Assembly (NCBI GenBank): GCA_051362555.1 | Contig: CM120641.1 | Location: 16,554,001-16,618,000 of the forward strand | From: Lingula anatina | Taxonomy: Eukaryota; Animalia; Brachiopoda | Length of the DNA stretch: 64,000 nt | Direction: 5' to 3' | Shown here: positions 1 through 11,342 of the stretch, piece by piece | How the letters are laid out: every line of letters starts with the position of its first letter | How positions within the stretch are numbered: position 1 is the stretch's first letter | Position numbers and translations under genes: made by a program | The notes under the pieces: generated by a model | What the model was told of the DNA's origin: nothing | Databases searched by the model: none | The model's input: only the letters and a program-made list of their open reading frames with translations

Positions 1-141
1 CGTCCGAAATTTTTAATTAACTTCAGTCATCATTTATTATTTACCTGTTGTTTTCATATGTCTGACTGCAGTTCCAGTTATTTGCAAATGAAAGAAATAT
101 TCAAGAATACAGCTATTTAGACCCCCACTAGCCACACCAGG

Positions 142-3100
142 ATGGTGGACATGGTGCCTCCCAGCAATGTGGAGTGGTGCTGGGACAGTGGGGAGGACTC
201 AGACGTGGATGAAGGGGTATAAATTTTCGGTACTTTTGTAGTATACCCCCCCACCCTGTAACTTTCTGTAACTTTCACTTTTCAAACAGTTTTTTACATT
301 TTCTTGTTCATCTATGTCAAAGCTGTTGAAATAAAATCTTTTTTAATTACCTGTGGACTTTTTATTGGTTTTAATCACGTTTAATCCAGCCCATTGAAAT
401 ACAATGTTAGAATCTTCAATTTACACCCGCAGTCAATAACTTGCCGCGTTTTCGTTGGCTAACTCTAAGGTAATTTTATGTGAACAAGTAGCTCATAATA
501 ATTTCATAGAGGAAGTCCAAGTATACAATGTATCAATCCTATGTTCACATAAAATAAGGTAGAGTTAGCCAACTAAAACGCGGCAAGTTATTGACTGCGG
601 GTGCATTGTAAATTTTCACGTTGTATTTCAAAGGGGTGGATTAAACGTGATTAAAACTAATAAAAAGACCACAGGTAATTACAAAAAAATTTTATTTCAA
701 CAGCTTTGACATAGGTGAAAAAGACAATTTAAAAAAATGTTTGAAAAATGAAAGTTTCAGGAAGTTACAGGGTGGGGGGGTATACTACAAAAGTACCAAA
801 TTTTCTGCTCCCAGCAGTTAACATTTACATTGACCTTTGTTTTCAGTATACACACGTGATTAGATATATGAATGTTTTTTTGTGACACTTGTTAAGTGTG
901 ATGCAACTAACTTTCTTTAAGCATGGAATTTTTATCGTATTTATATTTTTACATTTAACATTGTTATATTAAAAAACAATTTTATAAGCCCAGGGAATTC
1001 AATGCACATGCAGCTTGGTTGAATTGATAATCATTTTTGGCAGACTTGTTAATACCCTTTGTGTCATGTTATCAATACATGAATTTTTGTTGTGTGTTTG
1101 CAGGATGCAGGAGAGGTGAAGAAAATCATAGTTGGAATATGTGCAATGAAGAAAAAATCACACTCCAAACCAATGAGGGAAATTATTGAAAGATTGAAAA
1201 GATTTGAATACATAGAAATACTGATATTTGATGAGCAAGTTATTTTGAATGAGGCTGTGGAGAATTGGCCCCTTTGTGACTGTCTCATTTCTTTCTACTC
1301 CTCTGGCTTCCCACTGGACAAGGCAGTAGCCTATGAGAAACTACGCAAACCTTTTGTGTCCAATGATTTAAGCATGCAGTATGATATACAAGACAGGTAA
1401 TATACACTAAAATCAAAGTAAACGATGTGACGGTTTTGGTTGTTTCTGCTTGCATTTTATAAGTGAGTAAGGTTTTTCTGTGAGTTTGCTGCCATGGTGT
1501 CATACAAATTTGCATTTTGCAGAGCTGTTTAAGATGATGTATATATTATATCTCATGCTTGCATGGTGAATGAGATTTTAAAATCTTGTAGTCAGATAGA
1601 TTTCAACAAATTACCTCATGTTGAGGAAATTTTAAACTATTTAATATCTGTACTAACTGAAAGCATAATAGTAAAAACTTTTGTTCTATTAAGACTTCAT
1701 CAGTCACACTGATGTCATGAGACAGTGTACATAGAGACCACTCTGGCAAGAACTGCTCACTATAACATTGTCCCAGATGCTAGACAGGTTGTGCCTACCC
1801 CTGTCCCTGTTCCATGAAAGTCTCTGGGCCCAAATGTAAAGAGGCTCCTTTAACCCTCGCTTGAACCATGTCACAGTCCAAAAATGTCCATATTGTCCAA
1901 ACTGATGGAATGATTGTGTACCTCAACATCTGGAACAGTGTTGAAGTGAGCAGTTCTCACCACATTGTTTACTATACACTTTCTCTGGACAGTGTGACTG
2001 GAGTTCCAGGTGTAAGGATGAATGCTTTACAGGTATGCTTTCAGTTAATGTAGAAATTGGAAAGTTTTAAATTTCCTCACTGTGATTAACACTACTGCAC
2101 AGATCAATTTCCATTAGAAATTACATTATGCTATTATTCCAACAAAAAGATTTTTTTGTGTTGTATTTTGTTTTTATTTCAATTATATGATACCCTCTGT
2201 CACACTCCTAGCACCCTCTAAGATGGGTAATTTTTTTGTGTGATAATGATCAGTTTTTTTTCTTTTGCATCCATCCTTGAGTATATCCATACAAATTCCA
2301 GGTTTAAGATATTGGTATTTCTAACTATTTCACTACATTAGATACAAACAACTGCTTATTTGTTTTTAGGTTCCCTCACAGCTAACCATTTATTTGTTTG
2401 CTTTGATAATGATTATGCAATAATATGCAATTATATAATTTGGAGTTTTTACCAATTTTGTTTCCCAGTTTCATGATTTTAACAAACATGGAGAAACACG
2501 CAGTATTTATGAAATATTACCTTTTTTGTGGTGTTGAAAACTTTTCAGTAAGTCATTTAATACAAGATTAGTGAAGTTTTCTAGCTGGCTACAGTAAGTC
2601 ATGTAATATTAATCTCAGTGATTTTGCAGTAGCTGTTTAAATGCCACTCGGATTTGCTTTAATTCACATTATAATTTTGCTACCTGGTTTTGTTTATTTT
2701 TTCATAGTGTGGCCAATTTTATGTAAATTCTGCTGAGCTGCATTTTCCTTGGTTTACTCATACAGGGCTAGGAATTTTGACCAGCTCATTAGCCAGATGT
2801 ATATTTTAATGAAATTTTTAAAAAATTATCCTAGCAGCAAAAAGCTTGGAAGTTACTGGTAATGGATATATATATATAAAGAAACTATAAGCAGATTAGA
2901 TTATTGGCAAATATATGGCTAGTGAAAAAGCAAATTGATTCCAACCCCTGTAAAACAATGACATTATCTGATATTTCTGTTGCTTTCCTTACATGTTCTT
3001 TTCCATGCAGGCGGGCTGTGCATGAGATAATGTACAGAGCTGGCATACCAATGCTCCCCTATGCTGTCCTGGACAGAGATTCTGGGGACCCAACCAGTAA

Positions 3101-6100
3101 GTTGTTGTTTTGCTTTTCTCTTCTCCAGGCGAGCTGTACATGAACTTCTGTCCATAGAAGGTATCCCCCAGCCTAGATATGCTGTGCTGGACAGAGATTG
3201 TGGGGACCCAAAGAGTGAGTGTGGCTAGAAATGGGACATGGGATATATTATGTATTATATATGAGACAGCAGGGATATTAACAGGCTCACTAAAGCATGG
3301 CTATTGTTGCTGCCAGCTGGTTTGAATTTAATGAATAAACCAGTAGTCTAACCACATTGGTGTAAAACAACGTAAAAAGATTGATTATATCATTTAAATC
3401 TTTTCAGTAGTCTGCTTTTTTGAAAAACTTTTTGCGTTGTTTTCAGGAATCGTTACTAACTATTACAATAACAACAAGTAATATTTGAAATACTACTTGA
3501 AATTAGAAGGTTTTCTCTTGATTGTGTTTCCCTTTATCTGTCCTTAATCTGCCAACTTAATTGGTTTATGTTGGTGATGGTATTCCTAATTTATTGTTGA
3601 TCTATTTGATGTTGGTGTATAAACATATTGTGTTGAGAAGGATCCTGGCAGTATGTTAGGAGACACCCTTGCTACATGATAATATGAAAAAGAGAGAATG
3701 TTAGATTATTTTAAGTTAACAAAAAAGGTGAAGAAGATTGTTTTGAGGATATAAATTGGAAAAAAACTAGCAGCAAGTTGACTATCAGATTGAATACTTG
3801 ATAGTGCTCGTTACTGCTCATTGCTTTAAGCTATGGAGCTGTGGTTTGCTTTTGCTTGTGCAATTAAACTACTGTATTCATAATTGGATAAATTGGTTAA
3901 CAAAAAGTGATATAAATTCCAAATCCAATTCTTGGTTAAGCATGCCTATTGTTGGCTTATTAATATGCAATTTTCTACACTGATCAGAACAGCATAAAAT
4001 TAGACTAGATAACTGTGATGTTCCTTCTCTGGGCACAAATCTGATACTTTTCATATCAATAATCTGAGTTGTTATTCCAGAGTGCCTGTTGATAGAGGGG
4101 GATGACCAGATAGAGGTCAATGGGATTGTATTTCAAAAGCCATTTGTTGAGAAGCCTGTCTCTGCTGAGGACCACAATGTGTACATCTACTACCCCACCA
4201 GTGCAGGAGGGGGCAGCCAGAGGCTCTTCAGAAAGGTCAGTGGTTGATATCACACTGACTGAGTTTGGCCACTGTCTTTGATTAACTAAGTGATTTCATT
4301 TATTTAAGTTAAAACCTTAAGAGTGGTGTCTGTCATTTTAGCATGGTCAGCATAAAGTTGATGTAGATATGAGGAAATATTTTTAGATTGCTTATGTCTA
4401 ATTATCCAGGCACATCGTAGGGCCACAGTAGCTAACTTATACATTATTTAAAAAGGAAAATACATAATGATATCATGTATGTACTCCATAGATGCTTTAT
4501 GATAAAGACATTGAAAATGCTCTTTTGGTTTCTTTTCAGATTGGAAGTCGAAGTAGCGTTTATTCTCCTGTAAATAAAGTGCGTAAAACAGGCTCTTATA
4601 TCTATGAACAGTTTATGCCTACAGATGGAACAGACATCAAGGTATATAGAGCTTTATATAGATTCAGCACATATAAGAGTCACAGTGTTAAACAAAATGA
4701 TTGAAAAAAACTTCTAAATTGGATATCCCCTAGCATCGTTAATGGTTTGATATTAGAACATATAAATACATTTTTACCACAGACTATTATTGAATTAAAT
4801 CTGAAAACTGTTTTATGCTAAATTATGTTTGATTGCAGGAAGACAGTTTTCTTCCTATTCTCTGGTTGAGAAAATTGCTCTTTTTTGGCAACTGTAGACT
4901 TTGACCTTATTGTCCTAATGTTGATGAATAATCCCTGCAATTGGTTATCCCAGGTTTACACTCTTGGTCCAGACTATGCCCATGCAGAGGCCAGGAAGTC
5001 TCCAGCTTTAGATGGGAAAGTGGAGAGAGATAAAGATGGGAAGGAAGTCAGATATCCCATCTTACTGAGTGCCAAGGAGAAACTCATAGCTAGGAAAGTC
5101 TGTCTAGCATTTAAGGTAGAAGCTGCGGAGACTTGTTTTATCAAATTGATGTGTGTTTTTAAGGGATATCTCTAACAAATAAAAGATTTTAATATTGTAA
5201 AATCTTAGTGTTAAATGTGTGCATATGTGATAATTTTAAACAGATGTTGACTTCTCTTTGATTTCTTTCTTTGAAAAGTTGTTATGTATAATACTCATAT
5301 GCAGTGACACAAAACACATTTGCTGAACACGGGAATGAATAAAACCAATTGACCACACCTTTATGTAGAGAGGAATACATTTGTTTTCAGCAAATGGTTT
5401 GTGGGTTTGATCTCCTGAGAGCTAATGGGGAGTGCTATGTCTGTGATGTTAATGGGTTCAGCTTTGTGAAGACATCTATGAAATATTATGATGACTGTGC
5501 AAAAATTCTAGGGTAAGTAGAAAAATCATAAAGCATTTATATGATCAGATCAATTAAATGTATTTCAGGAAGTAGGCTCCAGTGAGCTTTCTGGCAACAA
5601 TGTAATAATTTTTTGTTTATTTTAATAAATGGTCTTAGTTAGTTTTTCAAAGAACATCTTGAAAGCATTAAATTTGGAAGTAGCTGGTCAGAAGATTATT
5701 TTAATTGACAGAATAATTCATCTGTTTTTCCAGCAATATGATAATCCGTCACTTTGCCCCACAGTTGTCTATTCCCATCTACTACCAGCCTGAGGATCCT
5801 CCCATTGTGCCCACTACATGTGGAACTATGTGAGTCAGTGGGAACAGATGACAAGTGTTTTACAGATTGGGTTTTACATAGTTTTCATTATAAAAGACCA
5901 TACTAAAAAAACATGAGAATTAGGGAAAATAAGTTTGATTTAATATTTAAAGGAACCCACCTCCCAATATCTTACTTATGTAAAATGCAAGTTTTTAAAA
6001 TGTGATTTTATATGGTAATTATCAGGATGGAGTTGAGATGTGTGATAGCTGTGATAAGACATGGAGACAGGACACCAAAGCAAAAGATGAAGATGGAGGC

Positions 6101-9100
6101 CAAACATAAGAGGTACATTGTATCTTTGTTTTAAGAATTTTTAGTATTGTTTTAACATATACATGTTTCAATTCATAAAGTGGAATTGAATCTCTTTCTC
6201 TTAAGATTCTACTCTTTTGCACTTCAAGGTTATATAATATTAAGTTTCTTAAATAGTTGCATTTGAACAGGTAAATCAGATTCAGTGATAAAGAATTTTA
6301 TCAGTTCTGTGTGACCAGTGGCAATAATAATGATATGTTTTTCAGGTTCTTTGACTTATTTGAGAAGTACGATGGATTTAAGACAGGACAGTTGAAACTG
6401 AAGCGTCCAAGGCAGCTACAAGAGATCTTGGACATTGCCAGGGCCCTGTTATTGGAGATAGAGGCCCACCCTGCCAACCCTGAAGTGGAGGAGAAAAAGT
6501 CCAAGTTAGAGCAACTGAAGGCTGTGCTGGAAATGTAAGAAATATATCTGAAGTGATTGTAGAAATATCAAAATTCAGCAAAAATGTTCAGACTTATATA
6601 GTACGTGTATATTGCTAGAGCTGACTGCTTTCAATGAAATATTCAATGTGGTAAGGCATAATGTGTCCATGCAAAAAAACTACGATGAAGAAGGTAGGAT
6701 AGCTTTAACAAAGTGCAGCCATTATTATATATCAATTATATTTTTCACTTTCCCTCAAACAGGTATGGCCATTTCTCAGGGATCAACAGGAAGGTCCAGC
6801 TCAAGTACCAGCCTCATGGGGCTCCTAAGAAGTCCTCAGATGAGGTGTCAGATGGAGAGCTCTCCAGTGAGTATAGCATAAGAACAGATTTAACATGATG
6901 AAGTGGCTTCCTTGGTTTTGTTCTGGCATACAGTGTATTCATGCAAATTGGAATTCCTGTGTTATTAATGTAGCATGAAAATTTGAAGGTCTTGACCAAA
7001 AGGGTGAGAACAAAATGCAAAAGTGCCATTGTGAATTGGATCATAATCTATCTTCCTTATTTTTCTTTACAATTAAAATATAATTGAAGAGAAAGGCAAC
7101 CTTTAAAAGGTTTATATCAGTTAAAAGCTGCATTAATTTTTAGCAAGTATTTTACATATGCACTGTATGATTTGAATGGAGAGATAAATGAACAAATATA
7201 TAAATAAATGGATGGAGTATTGGTAAGTTTAAAATGAGTTGAGATGCCTTTGCATGCACAGGCCATGCTGCAGACCCAGGTCCCTCTCTGGTGCTGATCC
7301 TGAAGTGGGGAGGAGAACTGACCCCAGCAGGGAAGATGCAGGCTGAGGAGCTGGGCAAGGCTTTCAGGTGCATGTATCCTGGTGGAGAAGGTAAGTCTGC
7401 ATGGGTTGATCTTAAAACAGCACTCTTTTTACCTGAATTGTTTTAAGATCAGATATTATGAAAATCACATTTTCCCTTGTCCTTTTTATGTACAGACACA
7501 GATGTGTCTGTTATGTACAGACACAGATGTGTCTGTACATATAGCCATCATCTGCGTCTGTCGTTGTCGTCGCCGTCGTCGCCGTCGCCGTGCACTTTTA
7601 CCGATAACACGATAAGTGGAAAACCATTTTACATTTTGACTTGAAACTTACAGAACTGATGAATATGCATAATACGCAGGTCAAGTTCGAAAATCAGCAT
7701 GATCGGGTCACTTTTAGGGAATTTATGCTGTTTTTTCACTTTTTTCAGCATATATGCAGCACCGATAACACGATAAGTGGAAAACCATTTTACCTTTTGA
7801 CTTGAAACTTACAGAACTGATGAATATTCATAATACGCAGGTCAAGTTCAAAAATCAGCATGATCGGGTCACTTGTAGGGAATTTTAGTGTTTTTTCACT
7901 TTTTTCAGCATATATGCAGCACCGATAACACGATAAGTGGAAAACCATTTTACCTTTTGTCTTGAAACTTACAGAACTGATGAATATTCATAATACGCAG
8001 GTCAAGTTTGAAAAACAGCATGATCGGGTCACTTTTAGGGAATTTATGCTGTTTTTTCACTATTTTCAATATAAATGCAACACTGATAACACAATATAAG
8101 AAAAACGGATTGGCCAATTGTAATTATACTCACAGGAGTGGTCAATCTTACTAAGACGCAGGTTGAGTTCAAAAATCAGCATAATCGGGCCATCATTTTA
8201 TACTGTTTTTACATTATACTGTTTTATGTCTCCTTGATCTAAAGGTTCAATACGATGCCGAGAGGAGAGCAATAAAGTGACAAACACAAGTATGATGTTC
8301 GAAACTTGGCCGATGCCGGCCGCTTTTATTGTGAATCCTTATACTAAAATGAATTAAATTTTGATGTTAAAATTAATTAATTGTGACAGTGCCAAAATAC
8401 GTAATTTTTTACGCCTGAAAAGACTATTTTATATATAATTCCCAAAGAACATAGTGCAGACGTTTTAATTTGTGGGGTTGCAAAGAGGCCATAACCTTGG
8501 GATCGCAGAGGCCAAGGAAAACCCCACAAAGGACAAAGGAGCCTGCTGATAAGGACAGAAAGTTTCCAGATGAGTAAGTAGTGCGTAATGAGTAGAGGTC
8601 GGAAATGTAAAGACACAAAACGTGCCGCTCACCTAGGCGAAGCTAGGCAGACGAAAATATGACAAAAATAAGGCATGAAAAGTTATGCCACTCAACCTGA
8701 AAACCAGGTCGGAAAAGTAAAGACACAAAACGTGCCACTCACTCTGACGAAGCAGAGCGGAATATAAAGACACAAAACGTGCCACTCACCTAGGCGTAGC
8801 TAGGCGGACAAAAATATTGCAAAAATAAGGCATGAAAAATTATGCCACTCAACCTGGAAACCAGGTCGGAAAAGTAAAGACACAAAACGTGCCACTCACT
8901 CTGACGAAGCAGAGCGGAATATAAAGACACAAAACGTGCCACTCACCTAGGCGTAGCTAGGCGGACAAAAATATTACAAAAATAAGGCATGAAAAAATAC
9001 GCCACTCAACCTGAAAACCAGGTCGGAAAAGTAAAGACACAAAACGTGCCACTCACTCTGACGAAGCAGAGCGGAATATAAAGACACAAAACGTGCCACT

Positions 9101-11298
9101 CACCTAGGCGTAGCTAGGCGGACAAAAATATTACAAAAATAAGGCATGAAAAAATATGCCACTCAACCTGAAAACCAGGTCGGAAAAGTAAAGACACAAA
9201 ACGTGCCACTCACTCTGACGGAGCAGAGCGGAATATAAAGACACAAAACGTGCCACTCACCTAGGCGTAGCTAGGCGGACAAAAATATTACAAAAATAAG
9301 GCATGAAAAATTATGCCACGTCGTTGCCGACTGGAGTAGGATAGAGGATAAAAGGAAGGAAAATTACCGGTGGTCCTGAAAAGGTCGGGACCTGACAAAA
9401 GGGGGAGATGCGCCTATGGGCCTGAAAAGGACATGTGATGAGGGTGACAATAGATATACAACAAGAAATCTCAAGGAAGTGATGTAGATATGGACTAAGA
9501 GCTATGGATAAAGGAAATTCTATGGGCCTGAAAAGGACACGTGTTGAAGGACAATTTAGGAAAGCGAAACGCGAAGCCGGGAGGCCTTCCTAATGATGGC
9601 GCCCCGTAGACTACGATAAAGTTTATACTGGCCCACATCCGAGAGATGCACCCCGTCTGGCTTGATGTGGAGCCGGTTAACTCTCCGCAGACCTACGTTC
9701 TTCCAAAAGGAAATGAATGGATTTCTTAGGGGCAAGTCTGCTAGGAGAATATTGAGCTGATCTACTTGGTCATTAAACGAAGGGTGAGGGGGACGTAGCC
9801 TGTGGTGAACTTGGTTCACCACCACATGTGAAACACCAAATACGTCGTGAAAACGACGGGCTAACTCCTCAATATCCTTACAGAGGTTTGAGGGAGAAAC
9901 GTTACGGTCGGACAGGTCATTAGAACCAATGATAAGAACGACCAGGTCGGGCCGTACCCGGCGAAGGATCCCCAAATCGTACTTGACCAGTTTAGGGACC
10001 GTGCGGCCGCCTATCCCGTGCCAGTGCACAGAATTGGGGAAACCAAAATCTTTCGCCGCCCGTACGTCCCGACCCTGGTCGAGAAATGAACGGAGTCTAT
10101 GAACAAATGAATGACCAATAACTAGAACTGCCATGGTGATCGTAAGTCTGTGAGTCAAAAACTAGCAAATTATATTGAAAAAGAGAAAAAAACTTACTTG
10201 TTAGCTGATCAAAATCGTACTGAGGCGAATTGAGCAGTGATCCGTTGATTGTTCTCTTGCGACTGTCGTGCGTGAGAGCAAAGTGAGAAAGAATACTATT
10301 GTACATTTCGTTAAACGCGACGGCGCGTACCTTGTGGAACACACCTGACCTAGTTCAACCTGATTGGGCAAAAATTAGTAACGAACCAAATACTCTGATT
10401 GGATAAGAAAGATTGGCCAATCACAGCCCATTGCCGATGCAGCACTAAATCCACGATTCTATGTGCAGCATTGAATCCGAGGCTCGTCAGTTCATGCAGC
10501 ACTCAATCCGAGGTTTGTACAAGTATGGCAAAATTACAATGCGAATCCCGTCGGAACTAGGTTACAATCCGTCGCCATAAAACAACGTTTGACTCAGCCG
10601 CCAAACTTCCCTTTTTCACATTTCCTCAGATTCAATTATTAGGCATGTTAACAGTCTCATTATTTAACTAATAAGATGCCTAAAAGTGTTTGTTTGATAT
10701 TTCCTGTATCTTTACAACATTGTTAGTTGATTATGTAAAAAACATGGTAAACTTGTTATCATGTATTGTGTAATAAAGTGTCAAAAATGGAAATAAACTC
10801 ATATCATTGCAATTTGTCATATTCAATCATCCACTATGTTCAGAATCTTAGATGGAGGAAATTGGACATTTAACACTGTTCTATTGATATTTTCCCCATC
10901 TCATCAATTTTATTAGTTCGTCATATAAAAATGGCAGTTAATTGTTAATTTTGTTTTATGTTAAAAAAGTGTTAAAAATGGAAATAAACCCAATTCAGAA
11001 AAGTGCTGTCTTGTTTACATTTTGGCATTTTCAAGGTGTGACTTTGAAGTTCCATGGGCCTGAAGACTTTTGCTAGTCACATTTTCTGAATATCTGTGAT
11101 ACAAATATTTTATAATTAAAAATTGATGGTCATTAAGCTGTTAAACATTATGTAATATTGCATCAAAATTTGAAGAAACCCCTATTTTGGGCACTGCTTC
11201 CATGATACCATTTAAGGAAAATCATGTCACTTACTGTTCTCAAACTTACAGGAAAGAAACATGGGACTAAAATACAGCTTCAGTAGGCAATGCAGTCT

Positions 11299-11342
<44 letters not shown>

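Larger units (their letters stand above)
8216..10611 (-). mobile_element. Nested CpG-rich insert carrying an SGNH hydrolase gene and a structured repeat array (possibly derived from an Ngaro/DIRS-type tyrosine-recombinase retroelement)
   Basis: Host repeat sequence stops at ~8200-8215 and resumes at ~10612 (TTTTTCACATTTCCTCAG). The duplicate host copy at ~12015-12070 is uninterrupted. The insert is richer in GC and CpG than its flanks. No RT, recombinase or transposase ORF is visible, so the family assignment is inference. Confidence 0.75.

Noticed and set aside
3161-3170. U12-type donor (GTATCC) inside exon 3b
   Set aside because: It reads GTATCCCC rather than GTATCCTT and lies in conserved coding sequence (G-I-P).
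7382-7615. Poly-Arg ORF
   Set aside because: It is a read-through of the (GTC/GCC)n tract at the start of the repeat element.
8741-8770. Hammerhead ribozyme from CTGACGA on the plus strand of the array
   Set aside because: It occurs in only one module type, is followed by GGAA rather than GAAA, has no convincing stem I, and one copy has CTGACGG. The G-U pairs favour the opposite strand.
8597-9332. CRISPR array
   Set aside because: The variable segments recur with a strict three-unit period and are self-complementary hairpins, not unique spacers. There are no cas genes and the context is eukaryotic.
9556-10158. Bacterial contamination or horizontal transfer of a GDSL lipase; 200-aa ORF starting at 10158
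   Set aside because: The ORF is embedded in continuous host intron and has CCAAT boxes, a spliceosomal intron and a Kozak ATG. The track start at 10158 is a non-ATG codon inside the predicted intron; the real start is probably 10134.
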